64,000 bases of DNA, taken from Vicugna vicugna (lineage: Eukaryota). Shown here piece after piece: positions 25,123-37,150 of the stretch. The notes under the pieces were generated by a model. It was given only the letters and a program-made list of their open reading frames with translations. It was not told the origin of the DNA and did no database searches. The translations under genes and the position numbers were made by a program. The DNA is taken from positions 1,178,001 through 1,242,000 of the forward strand of contig MU058714.1 of the NCBI GenBank assembly GCA_013265495.1. The letters are read 5' to 3'. Every line of letters starts with the position of its first letter. Positions within the stretch are counted from its first letter, which is position 1.

Positions 25123-25701
25123 GTAAGAGCTCCCGGCCCCGTCCTGCCCCCCGCCCGCAGAAGGGACGCCGCCCTGAAAGCAGGCCGAGGGCTGGGGTGG
25201 GGGGCTCGGGGGCTAAGGGGTACGCGACCTGGGGCCTCGGTGAAGTCTCTGCCCTGGACCCTGGGTTTGGGCGGGCCTCCTCGTTAAGTGAGCGTGGCAG
25301 GGCGGGGCCGGGACCCTGCAGCGCAGCCCATGACAGGAGCAGGGGTGATGCTGGGGAGGGCTTTCCGGACCAAGGGACAGGGGACCACTCCCTGCCTGCC
25401 TCCAGCCCGGCTCCCACTCCCTCCTGCAGCCACGCAGGGGCCTTGGCCGTAAGGGGCTCCGGATCCGCAGATGAGAAAGGTGGGGCTTGGGCCCTGGGAA
25501 GTACTCCCGCTAGCAGGTGGCAGGTCTGAGGCTGGGTCCACACACGTCCCAGCGGTCTGAGTCCAAAGGGCCCCGGAGGTCTGGTGAGTGTCCAGGGGCC
25601 TCCTGCTGCCCCACCGCTGCGCAGCTGAGCTGACGCAGGCCGACCGCGTCGTCTCCCCGCTTGGGGCGAGACCCCTCACACCTGCCTTGTTGTCCCGGCA
25701 G

Positions 25702-25903
25702 CGGAGAACAAGACCCTGCCCCGCTCCAGCTCTATGGCAGCCGGCCTGGAGCGCAATGGCCGCATGCGGGTGAAGGCCATCTTCTCCCACGCGGCCGGTG
25801 ACAACAGCACACTGCTGAGCTTCAAGGAGGGCGACCTCATCACCCTGCTGGTGCCCGAGGCCCGAGATGGCTGGCACTACGGCGAGAGCGAGAAGACAAA
25901 GAT
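25702..25903 (+). CDS. BAIAP2: BAIAP2 exon 10 (most of SH3): (T)ENKTLPRSSSMAAGLERNGRMRVKAIFSHAAGDNSTLLSFKEGDLITLLVPEARDGWHYGESEKTK(M)
   Basis: ggcag|cg gag...aag at|gtgagt; 202 nt. Confidence 0.97.
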
Positions 25904-26840
25904 GTGAGTCCCCGGGGTGGGGGGGCAGCCCTGCTGGTCCCTGGGCATCCAGGCCCCACGCCTCCCGCAGGCTGCTCATCCAGCCCGAGCAGACGCAGCC
26001 GCGGGCCCCCCCGTCCCCTGACTTGCCAGGCGTCCCGCGTGTGACCTCGTCTCCCGCCTCCCCTGCTGCCGCGTGCGGCCTCCAGTCGGCAGATGCCAGC
26101 CTTCCCCACATGCCCTGTGGACGTGTGACCAGCTTTGGAGTTGGGTTCTAGAAGGGACATGGGTCAAAGGGGGCCGCGCTTTCATGGCTTCACGTCATAC
26201 TCGTTGTCTAGAGGCTGTGCCACTGTCTGGCTCTCGCTCCGCCCAGGGGCTGCCCCATCAGGAGCTGCCCCTCTCCCCCAACCATTGTCTGCCCACGCCT
26301 GTTGTCGGGGTGAGAGACCCCTGCTGGGGGCAGGATCTGCCCGGGTGCGTGCCTCCCTACGTAGCCTGGGAGGGAGAGGCTGGACGGGGCTTCGCTCTGA
26401 CCTCCTGGCAGCCGCCACCCTAAGGGGGGTTCTGAGGGGCAGGGGCACTGGGGGACACCCCCTTTCCCAGACACCACACCTGCCTCTCTCTGAACGGTGT
26501 CTTGTGATGGTGGTGTGGCTCTGTGTGCCCTCCTGGGGCTGAGGCCCCGCCCAGCTGGGCCACCTGGCAGGAGACCAGCCCTATGTGTTAAAAGAAGCAG
26601 GCACCCTGCCTGGGGTCCTGGCATCTTCCCCACACCGTCTCGCTCCTGTCCAGGGCACAGAGCTTAGAGCTGGATGAACACCCCCGGTGGGAGCTGGGGT
26701 CTCTTGGTCTCCGTGGAGCATTTACACATGTCTCCTCCACAGATGGGAGCGGCCAGGCCAGGGGACCCATGGGACTTGGGGTCAGGTAGCAGACTAGGGC
26801 AAAGGGGCTGGTGCACTCTGACCAGGGTCTCCTCTTCCAG

Positions 26841-26909
26841 GCGGGGCTGGTTCCCCTTCTCCTACACCCGGGTTCTGGACAGCGACGGTGGCGACAGGTT
26901 GCACATGAG
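26841..26909 (+). CDS. BAIAP2: BAIAP2 exon 11 (end of SH3): RGWFPFSYTRVLDSDGGDRLHM(S)
   Basis: ttccag|g cgg...atg ag|gtgagc; 69 nt. Confidence 0.97.
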
Positions 26910-27344
26910 GTGAGCGTGCCGGGGGCAGGTGCCCTGAGCGCTGCTCGCCTGAGGCTTTAGATGCAGGGGTGTGGGTGTGCTGTGTTGGGAGTGCTCATCA
27001 TGACTGTGGGATGGCTCCTGTTCAGTGGCCCATTGTGGGGAGGCTGTCCTTGCCCCACGCTAGGCCTGGGGCACACCCTCGCAGCCCTCCCCTGTGGGCA
27101 GCGTGCACGGTGAGGGCCCAGCCACTCCCCCATGAGCCCCCAGGTCCTTCTGGCCCTCAGGGCAAGAGTGACTACCAGGACCACCGAGGGGTTGAGTGGC
27201 TGCCATTTCGAGGAGGGGGTCCAGTCAGGGCTGCACCCCAGGTCACTGAGAGCAGCCTCCTGTCCTGCCCTCTCTGAGGGGCCCAGTGAGGCTGAGGGCG
27301 GCTGGGCTGGGACTGGACTGACCCCCGGTGCCCCGTCCCCGCAG

Positions 27345-27507
27345 CCTGCAGCAGGGGAAGAGCAGCAGCACCGGGAACCTCCTGGACAAGGAGGACCTGG
27401 CCATCCCGCCCCCCGACTACGGCACGTCCTCCCGTGCCTTCCCTGCCCAGACGGCCGGCGCCTTCAAGCAGAGACCGTACAGCGTGGCTGTGCCCGCCTT
27501 TGCCCAG
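27345..27507 (+). CDS. BAIAP2: BAIAP2 exon 12 (PPPDY WW-binding motif): LQQGKSSSTGNLLDKEDLAIPPPDYG...RPYSVAVPAFAQ
   Basis: ccgcag|c ctg...cag|gtgagc; 163 nt. Confidence 0.97.
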
Positions 27508-29287
27508 GTGAGCGTGGGGGCCCGAGCAGGCTGTGGGTGGCTGGGCTCGGCCACAGCCCCGCGTTGGCGCCTCCCCTGGTAGCCTGGGTGCTTGGGGTTT
27601 GGGCCTGGCATCTGCACCCCTGCTGGGCCATTTTAGGGGTCACAGCAAGGTGTCGTTTGCAGTCTCTGGGCTCAAGAAAAGGCCCAGGTCCCTCTGCCTG
27701 CCCTTCCCCTCAGTTGGGGCATCTGGACGCTGTCTTAGGAGGGCGTGATGTCCAGGGGGCCCTTCCCTGAGAGCCATGGAGCTCCTGCAGTCATGGGTCC
27801 GAGTGCAGACACAGGTGCCTGCCACTCGGGGCCTGATGTGGAACTGGAACCTCCTAGTTAGTGTGGTTCTGGGCCCCTCGGGAGGCAGGGCCTGACACAC
27901 ACGTCAGGCCACTGGTACCAGGGAGCCAGAGTCAAAAGATCGAGGCCTGTGTCCTTGGGTGTGGGTCCCCCGGCGTGTGTGTCAGTCTTGAGGCCACCGT
28001 GGGGCTGGGCTGTGAGTGTGGACAGTGCCGCACGGCTCTGCCCAGGAAGCTCGGAGTTGAAGGGGCTGAGACCTCCAGGACGCTCATCTGCTGTGGCTGC
28101 GTGGGAGGCAGGGGCCAGCCTCCAGGGCTGGGCCTCAGGTTGGGGTCGAGAGCCCCCCAGGCAGCAGGGAGGAGGAGAAAACATTTCTCTAGAATTTGGG
28201 GCAGTCGCGGTTGACCACCAGGGAGGTGACCTGACAGCTGAGGTCCCCCACGCTGACGGCGTGACGTGGTGCCGGAGGTGGACGTGGCAGAGAAGGCTCT
28301 GCGTGCAGGGTGGGGGACCCCGCATGGTGGTTGTCCTGAGCGGCCACCCCGCCGGCCCCCTCGCAGAGGGGCTTCCTGGCACAAGCTGTGTGAGGTCCTG
28401 GGTTGGCCAGGGCTGTCTTTGGGAGTTTGCAGTTTAAGAAGAGCGAACACGTGGTTTGAGACAACTAAGTGGGCAAGACTAGGGTGGTGGGACTGGGCGC
28501 TCGGAGCCTTCCAGAGAAGGTGAGGCTGGAGCTGGTGGTCGGCGCTAGCGGCCGGGAGAGGCTGGCCAGCCTCGGGGGAGGTGTAGTGCCTTGGGGTCAG
28601 GGACAGGCTGCTGAGCAGCGACACGTGGGTGCCTCTGGGGCCTTGTGCACAGCTGGCCAGGCCTGGAGGGGTCTGACCACCGCGTACTACTCGCTTCCTG
28701 GTCTCTGGATTTGGTTTTGTTGCAGAGAGGGCCACGGAGGGTGCTCCCAACACCGCTGACGGCCCCGCACCCTCCTTCCCCAGGGGCTAGGAAGCTGCAG
28801 CTGCGCTGAAGGCTCAGGGGCCGGCACAGGCTGGCCTGGGGGGCCTGCAGGTGACCATCCATCGCAGCTGCCCTCCCACACCAGCCTGTCAGCTTGGCTT
28901 CCCTGCCCAGCCCCCCATTACTTGCCCATCCCCCCAGTGTCACTGGGTTCCCCAGGCAGCCCTCACCTGCCCAGGTGCTCCTGCCATGTGACTGGCAGGG
29001 TGTGCAGTCCGTGGGGGTCGTGTGTGGAGAGGGGTTGTCAGGTGGTCTGTCCTGAGCGAGCCCGTGAGTGTGAGCTCACACTGCCCACAGCTGAACACAG
29101 GCCAGGCAAGGAGACCCCCTGTGAACTTGGGAGGTCACTGTCGTGGTCCTCATGCCCTTGGCTGCAGACAACACTACACTCCCTGTGGTCAGGAGGGGCA
29201 CCTGGCCCACCCAGCCCTTGTCCTGCGGGCCCTGCCTCACCCCCTGGACCCCAAGCTGACCTGTTTCTGCTTCACCACCCCCCACAG

Positions 29288-29322
29288 GGCCTGGATGACT
29301 ACGGGGCCCGGGCTGTGAGCAG
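29288..29322 (+). CDS. BAIAP2: BAIAP2 exon 13 (last common exon): GLDDYGARAVS
   Basis: ccacag|ggc...agc ag|gtaagg; 35 nt, ends in phase 2. Confidence 0.95.
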
Positions 29323-30008
29323 GTAAGGGGGTTTCAGATGCGTCCGTGGAGGCTGTGGGCGGTGGGGAGCTGCTCCACTGGGGGCCGCCGTGGAGCACTG
29401 CCCCCTCTGGTCTGCGCGGCAGGGGCCTGTCTGGAGACCGCGGTGTCTCCAAGGCAGAGTGAGCAGGCCTGGGGTGCCTGCTCCCTGCCCCTCACCCTGC
29501 TGTGCCGCCCACTATCTGTGGGGTGGGATCTTCAGGGCAGGGTGCCCTGTCCTGTGGCCGCAGTCCGGAGATCGCCGAGTGGGAAACGGCCTCTCCCAGA
29601 GCTGCCTCTGTGCTCCCCCGGGGGTGGGTTGGAGCCCACCTGGCCCTGTGCCTGAGCCGGAGCAGGGGCCCCCTGCCCCCACCACGGGGCTCCAGCTCTT
29701 TCCCAGTGCAGCCCAGCAGGAGCCCCTTCACCCCGTGGCCCTGCTCGTCCTTCCCGGCATCGACCCGCCTTGTCCACTATCAGCCAGGAGGGGGCTCGCC
29801 TCCCCCCCAGCTCATCCCCCGAAAACCAGCCCACACCGGCAGCTCGGTGCCACTGCCTCCTGGGGCCCCGACCTGGGCCCGGCCCTTGTCCTGGCTCCGG
29901 GGGTCTCCTGCCCCTGCCCCCAGGGCCGGTGGCCAGCCGACCCTGAGCAGCCGAGGGCCGCGGCGGGGCGGCGCGCACCCAGCAGCCGTCCTGTGCTTTG
30001 TTCCGCAG

Positions 30009-30039
30009 CGGCAGCGGCACACTGGTGTCCACAGTGTGA
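30009..30039 (+). CDS. BAIAP2: BAIAP2 alternative terminal exon, IRSp53-S type: SGSGTLVSTV* (PDZ-binding C-terminus)
   Basis: ttccgcag|c ggc agc ggc aca ctg gtg tcc aca gtg tga; in phase with exon 13. Confidence 0.95.
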
Positions 30040-31364
30040 GGACGCTGACGCCGGCAGCTGCTGCCCAGAAGCGCTCCCGCCCCCGCGCCCCGTCTGCCTG
30101 GCCTCACCGGTTTACACCTTGGCGCCGCTGGTTTCTCCTGGGTGGTGTTTCTCTCCCACCGGCCCCGCTCCCTGCCTTTTGGTTGGTGCCCCCAGACTCT
30201 GTGATCCCCCAGGGTCCATGGTGCTGCCCCACCTCTGCACCCCGTGTTTACACGCCCCTCCCGTGTGTCCCACCAGGTGGGACCTGCCGCCGGGTGGTGC
30301 GGGTGGGGCGTCCTCGCCGCTGCTCCCCGCCTGCCGTGTTCATGACGCGCTGTCCCTTTTCAAAGGCTCAGCAAGAGCCAGGTCTAAAGTTTGAAAAAAA
30401 AAATCATAAAAAAAAAAAACAGGAAGAGAACTTTTTTCCTGAAAAAAAACAGATCTGCATGGACTCCGGTGTACGTACTGTTATCTCTGCATCTGACCCC
30501 CCAGCACACGCTGGCACCTTTGGGAAGGGCGGAGTGCGGGGGGCACCCTTCTAGGGCCACGCCCAGAGAGGGGCTCGGCTGAGCCCGGGAGGCCTCCTGA
30601 GGAAGCTGGCCGCTCCTGTGAGGGAGGCCGCAGCCCCGGCCCGGCCCTGCCCGCCGCCCAGGCCGGGCTCCGGAGGGCGTGCTGCCCCGACGCCATCTGA
30701 CAGTGTACAGACAGAGAGCGGCGCCAGCCTTGGGGCACAGTGACCACACGGTGCACTGGCAGGGAGGGGGCTGGCCGCACTCGGACATCCCAAGGACCTC
30801 CAGAGACCAGCCCCAAGCCTACAAGTTCTGGAAATGTTTCTTTAACCAGCCTGTGATGGAGTCTCAGCTGCACGGGGCAGGGGCGCGAGGCTGGCCCAGT
30901 GGCGCAGGTGGTCCCTGCCCCCTCCATCGGCGCGCTCGTGTCCCCCGTGTCTCGGCGGCTTCGGAGCAGCCCACGGCCTTGCGTCTCCACACCCTGACCC
31001 TGGGAAGGGAGCGAGGGCGCGGCCCCGCGAAGCTTCAGATGCTCTTTCTGGCATGACTTCGCAAAAGCCTCCCGCCCCTCCCGTGGGCTCGGACGCGGCT
31101 GGTAGCATTTGTGAGGAGAGCAGCTCCAGGCAGAGCCCGTTTTATAACCAAGGGAAGAACAAGCCAGAGCTCGGACCTGTGCAAAAAGAGCCTTCTGCGT
31201 CGGCGTTCCAGTTCTGCTGAGACCTCAAACCCAGGGACTCCACGCGCAGTGGAAGGACGTAGACACAAAACCACAGCTGTGTGACGACGTAAAGCGCTGA
31301 AAATAGTTTCCTTTCCTCTTTTTTTTTTTTTAATCTGAATTGTGCCCTGTACTGCAGTTGTTTG

Positions 31365-31370
31365 AATAAA
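31365..31370 (+). terminator. BAIAP2: AATAAA poly(A) signal ending the ~1.3 kb 3'UTR of the S isoform
   Basis: gttgtttgAATAAAagttttatttattg; first AATAAA I found after the S stop, with U-rich downstream sequence. Confidence 0.8.
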
Positions 31371-31729
31371 AGTTTTATTTATTGCATCGAGTTGAGTGTG
31401 GTGCCTCTTTTCAGCCCCGACGCGTGTACCGGCCACAGAATAACCGAGGTGCAGCCAGTGCCAGCCCGTGCGGCTCTCCCTGGGGGCCGCCTGGGGACGC
31501 CCTGCCCTGGGTGGGAGCCACAAGGGCTGGTCTGGGGACGCCCTGCCTGAGCAGCCCTGCTCCTTGCTACCACCTCCCTGCAGACGCCCTCCAGAGGGCT
31601 GGAGAGCCAGCTCCGCCCTGCAGCCGGTGTCTCCTGCCCCCACCCTCCGTCCGGCCTGGCCCTGCGAGTCCTCAGACCTCACTCCCACCCACTCCGCTCA
31701 CACCAACCAAGCCTTGTGTTTCCTTGCAG

Positions 31730-31757
31730 TGCCGATGTGGAAGTGGCCAGATTTTGA
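31730..31757 (+). CDS. BAIAP2: BAIAP2 alternative C-terminal exon, IRSp53-T type: SADVEVARF* (exon probably 31730-31776)
   Basis: tttccttgcag|t gcc gat gtg gaa gtg gcc aga ttt tga; donor tta|gtaagt at 31776/31777. Confidence 0.93.
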
Positions 31758-34700
31758 GCCGCCCCTACTAGAGTTAGTAAGTTGTCGTGGCTTCTTGTGC
31801 CGGTCGGTCTGTGTTCCCAGCAGCTCCAGAGGCCCCTGACCTCAGCCGGGGTGGGGCCTGCGGGGCTGCTGAGCCCGCCTCTGCTCTGGCCCCCAGCCTG
31901 CGCTTGCCTTGGGTCTCTCCTTGGGCTTCCCTCCTTCTGGAAGCGTGCAGACCTGGCCTGGCCCCGTCTGGGTTCCCTCCTGCCTCCGCGGGGTGCTTCG
32001 GCCACAATCAGGGTGAAGCCTGGTGATCAGCTGCAAAGCCGGCTTTGGGCTCCTTTGGCCTAGTGCCCCTCAGACCGGGCTCCTCGGGCGTGGGTCTGAG
32101 CCTGGCCTGGCCGGCTCCCAGGTTGGTGAGTATCAGAGCTCCTTGGGGGCCGGGGAGACAAGGGAGCGGCTGGGGACAGCGCCATGGCTTGTGCCCAGGT
32201 GAGAACCACAGGCAGGTCTGAGCAGGCGCCCACAGCTGCCCTGCAGGGGACGGGTGGATGCGGCAGCTCTGTCCGGCCCGTTTTGCCTCCACCCCAGCGT
32301 GGCTCCAAAGGGCTGCGTTAGACTCTCCAGGCTAGTCTCAGCCCCCACCTGCTGAGGGGCCCTTCCCCGCCCTCCCTGGGAAGCAAGCGCCGATGGCTGG
32401 CGGGAGTGGGGGCCCCTGGCTCTGGGTCAGGTGGCACTACCGCCCCTCCGCCCTGCCCCAGCCCTGAACACAGAGAAGTCTGGCAGGCGGCCCTTTACGG
32501 AGGTGGTGGTCCCTTCCCCTCCCGGGGGCGCCGCGCGGTGCCGTCCTCTCTGCAGGCGGCCGGGCCCCTTCAGCAGATACTGGACCCTCGCCCTCCTGCT
32601 GCGGCCTTTTTCTTGAGCTGCGGTATGAGTGCTGGAGAATTCTGGAGATAAGTTTTCCTGAACCTGGGGGACAGAGTGGAAATGACTTGGACCCTAGCCC
32701 AGTAGTGGGTGTCCTAGGCCAGCCTCCTCCCTTGCCCCTGTCCCTCTTCTGAGATGCTCCGAGGGGCCTGCATCTCCCGCCCCCCCCCCGTCCCTCCTTG
32801 CTGCAGGGGCCCGGCTGTCACCCCCTGGGGGTACTGGAAGGGGGAAGGCTCAGGAAGGCTGGTCCAGTATCTGCCTAGAGCCCCACTCCTGGGTGCAGGG
32901 CAGAGCCCCGGAGGGCACGGTGGGTGGGGCTGCGCTCAGCACGTGGGGCTGCCTGCCCTGATGCCTGTACCGGGGACAGGCACATCGGAAGTCACTCCGC
33001 TTGGTTGAGGCGCCCTGCTCGGCTGTGGCTGAGCGTGCAGCCCTGGGACGGGGGTGGAGACAAGAACGACTTACGTTCAGAAGGGCCGACGTCCGGAAGC
33101 CGTGGAAGACACGTTTTGAGAGGAAACCATCTGAGACAAGGTCGAAGTCCACGTGTAACTACTTGTCGCTCCTCCGCTCGGAGTCACCGCAGGACCTGAG
33201 CTGCGCCTTGGCTGCTCTCAGAACCGCCCCGTTTCTCACTCAAGTAGTGGATCCAGAAGAGAACCCTAGGTGATCGCCCTAGTGGTAGACCCCCAGTGAG
33301 CCTGAGCCTGGACCTGAACCTGCGGGAGTCTGCGGAGGATCGGGCCGTGGGGAGAGCCCTTCCCGGCGAGGGGTCCAGCTCGTGCCTGCCTTTGCCACGC
33401 CAGAGACTCAAGGCCGGCCCCCACCTCAGGAGCAAATGCATCCTGTGCAAAAGTGACTGTCACCCCCGCATCGCTGCTCAGAGTGTCTCAACAGCCGGGG
33501 ACAGAGCCCACTCCCCGTGTTCCTCTGCCGGAGTGCCCGGTGACCCCCAGGGCAGGAGCCCCGACCTCCTGACAGCCTCGCACACTCGGACGTCCTCCTT
33601 TGGCTTTCTTTGGGCACAAGATCTCGTCCTGTGTCTGGTGGTTCACTGTGGATCACCCCCTGACTGTTTTGGGAGGAAGACGTGGCCCCAGCGTCCATCG
33701 CCCGGCAGTGACAGCTGCAGGATGGGAGGGTCTGCGGTGGCCTCAGGTCCAAGTCTTGTCCTGTGCTGTCATCCCAGAGTTGACCCCGGCCCCCAGCCTG
33801 GGGCCAAGGCAGGCACCCTCCTCAGGGTAGCTCATGAGCCTGGTCTTTGACAGAATGTTCCAGATGGTGGTGGGCACCCAAGGGGGCTTGCCCTCTGTGT
33901 GGTGCTGAGGGTGGGAGTGTCCCACCCAGGGGTCTCTGGTGGCAGTTACTCCAGATCCTGGGGTATTCGCAGCCTGCTTCCTCAGAGCCCAGTGTGGATG
34001 GCATGTGCTGCTTTGGTCACTGTTTTGGGGGAGGAGATAAGTGTGGGTCAGAGGCCAGTCACTTCAGGGAGATTGGACCTCAAGTGACAACGTGGGTTTG
34101 CCCCCAGACCTTTCTGGTGAGAAAGAGGGCACGTCAGGACACTCGGCCACATTCTGCCCCCAGCTTCTGCTAACACAGGCACCGTCCTCCGTTCCCTGGG
34201 TCCCTTCCTCGGCTGGTTCCCAACTCTGGATGGACAAGCCTGCCCCCATTTCTAGTCCCCCAAGGCCTCCTACCATGACCCTGCCTGGGGACAACCAAGG
34301 GCCTGGAGCCCTCCTCTGGAACCAGAGCCCAGTCAAGAGGGCAGCTGGGGCAGGGCTGCCCTCCACGCCGTCCTGGGCCAGACGTCACTGGTCACGGTGG
34401 ATCCTCGGCTTCAGAGCCTGCAGGCAGCTGTCCACGGTCAGTGGAGCCGAAGCACATCTGCACGGCCGGAGCCAGGCCCTGAGGGAGGGAGCCCCAGGCT
34501 GGAAGGGCCTGCACACCAGGATGGAGGGGCCCTGAGCCAGGGGCGGGAGCCGACGTGGTCCGTGCTGCCGGACCTTCAGGCATCGTCTTGGAGACACAGA
34601 AGCTGCATGCTGGGGTTAGTCTTCTCTCGCTAGTTTACCCTTTTAAAGACAGTCCCAAAGTGCCTCAGTTTTCCAGAAAACACTAAGTTCTCAGGCAAAC

Positions 34701-35703
34701 TCGGGGTGCCCACTCCATGTGCTCTCTTCTGGGGCCCCTGGATGGAGCGCCCGCCCTCCCAGTTCCCTGGACGCCCAGCCACGCCGGAGGCTGCAGGTAA
34801 TGGCTCCAGAGCCCACTGCTGCGCCGGGAACACGGCCCCGTCTGTGCCGAGCCTTCCGTGTCCCACGTGCCATCTGTGCTGTCATCTTGGGACTGCCCGA
34901 TGTCCCCCAGCCTGCTGTCCTGTGCGGTCCCCTTGGGCAGGTCCTCTGCGCCCACCGGGGAAGCCGAGGAGGGGCTTCCCTGAGCAGCAGGCCGGGTGCC
35001 GGCCCCACCCTGTGCTCATCCAGTCCATCTAAACCTCTTGTCTGGCACGTCCATCTGTCCGTCAGCTGCAGCCTTGGCACTGGGGCGGGTGTGGCTCCCC
35101 TCGAAGGAGGCAGTGGGCCCTCTGCAGGGACCTGCGGGCAGCCGCCCCGCCAGCCCCGTCACTGCCCGTGTGCCTGTGTGTCGTCTGTGTTGTGTGGGCG
35201 TGGGGCAGGCCGAGGCTCCCGCCACCTTCCAGGCCAGGGCTGCATGGGCTGCCTGCTGTGGTCTGCTGCACTGTGTCCGTGTACCTGTGTGTCGACAGCT
35301 GCGTCCTTGCAGTCGGCTCAGCTGCTGTTCTCGGGCAAACGGTGGGGGGACGCTGGGCCTTGTGGGGCGGTGCACGAAGCTCGGGGGCTGCCCCAGTCTC
35401 GGGGGAAGGACCAGCCCCTGGGGCAGGTGGGGAGGGTGCAGCGGGCTGCCCCCCACGCCCACCCACCCTGCCCTGGGAGGGTGGGCAGTTCGAGGTGGGG
35501 TGCATGTAGAGGGAGTGGAGGGTGTGCACTGAGGGCCAGCTGGCCTTGCCGATGGCTCCCCTTCCTGGCTCTCTCGCAGCCTCCGCTGCCCACCGGCTCT
35601 AAGCTCAGAAGCTGGCCATTGGGTCCAGGCGGTTGCTGCCCACAGGGTGTAGGGCAGTACTCCCAGCATCCCTCTCTGACACGCTCTCCTCTTCTCTCCG
35701 CAG

Positions 35704-35773
35704 GAACCCCTTTGCCAGCGTCCAGCTGAAGCCGACGGTGACCAATGACAGGTCTGCTCCCCTCCTCAGCTGA
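35704..35773 (+). CDS. BAIAP2: BAIAP2 distal terminal exon, IRSp53-M type: RNPFASVQLKPTVTNDRSAPLLS*
   Basis: cttctctccgcag|g aac ccc ttt...ctc agc tga; in phase with exon 13. Confidence 0.95.
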
Positions 35774-37144
35774 CGGCCACCTCTGCACCCCGCTGCCTAT
35801 GGGGCCCCTCCTTCCCCGCCCTGACCTGGAAATCTGCAAGGCCCTCCTCCTCCCACCTCACCTCAGTCTGGCCCGGGCTGGGCCCCGGCTGTCCCTCCAG
35901 GGTCAGGAGGTGGCACCTGGCCATGGCAGAGGAGAGTGAGGATGGCCAGTCCCCAGAGCCAGCCCCCGGGGTGCAGGAAGGCCACCCTGTCAGCTCGTAG
36001 CCATGAGGGGCACCCCTGCCTGGTTAGCAAAGAGGCTGCCCACCTGTGTTAGCCTGCCGGCGGGATGGGGGCAGGAGGAGAGCCTGCCACCGTTTGGAAG
36101 ATGGATTTACTGTGAGCACAACTTTTCTGGCAGACCCTCGCTCCGGGCTCTGCTGGGCCTCCCTACGCCTGCTGGCAGTTTTAGGGGGCCTCCATCCAGC
36201 TCCTCCCTGCCCAGGCCTAACACCCATCCAGAGCTGGCTGAGGGCCCCCAGCGCCCCTCCCTGGCCCCACGGTGGGTGGGTGGTGCTATGGCCTTGTTCG
36301 TCCCCAAGCTGTGTGCCATTGGGGGGGTTCTGCTCCAGGATTCCTGGGTGGGCCCCCCCTCCCTGCCCTAGCTGCTTCTATATTTCAGTTGAAATACAAG
36401 ATTTTGGAACTTCATTGGATCCATGCTATTTAACATTTGTGGCTGTGATACAGCCCTGGTGACCACGCTGGTGACGACATTCCTTACCTAGGGAGAAGGT
36501 CCAGGCAGCGTGTGCCTGCTTCTCCCAGGTCCTCCAGGGAGGGGCACTGGAGCCCTGAGCCACCTGCAGCCCACACCCCAGGACACGAAGCAGAGGGGGT
36601 GGGGGCCCAGGTGAGCAGAGGTCTCTCACTTTGCAGAAGGTGGAGACAGGCCAGGTAGGGGTGCCTAGAAGCCCCAACTCCTTAAAACTCTCCTTCCTGG
36701 CTCACCCTGCTGCGGGCTAGGGAAAGCCCTGGAAAGGTGGAGGCGCGAGCTCCCGAGAGAGGCCTGTGGGGTGGGCCCCCCTCCTTACCTAGGCAGGGCC
36801 ACCTTCCAGACACGAAGAGAGGGCTGCAGGGGCCGGACCCCACCCTTGTTCTGGGAGGACCTCCAGCTCAGGTACATCTGGGGCCTAGGCCACCGCTTCC
36901 CTCCACTGGGGGGCTCCCTCCTGTACCCCGACCCCGGCTCGGCCCATGCCCCCTCCTGCCCAGGGCTGTAGCTGCAGACTCCAAAAGAAAAACGCTTGGC
37001 ATGAAGGCTTTTTTTCCCCTTAGCTTTGATTTCTCTTAAAAAACAAACAAAAAAGGAACAAGACAATCACACCAGCATCCTAAGCCTCAAACTAGTAAGA
37101 CAGCACAGACCCCGGACGTCCCCACCCACACGCCCCCGAGCAAC

Positions 37145-37150
37145 AATAAA
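37145..37150 (+). terminator. BAIAP2: AATAAA poly(A) signal of the distal BAIAP2 3'UTR
   Basis: caacAATAAActttgtctctttgg; only canonical hexamer I found after the M stop. Confidence 0.75.

Noticed and set aside
30385-30450. A-rich stretch in the S-isoform 3'UTR resembling a poly(A) tail or retrocopy end
   Set aside because: No retroelement body or TSD; more likely genomic low complexity and an oligo-dT internal-priming artefact risk.
35771-35824. TGA-CGG leaky-stop context after the IRSp53-M stop
   Set aside because: Not the mammalian TGA-CTAG readthrough motif; no evidence of a conserved extension.
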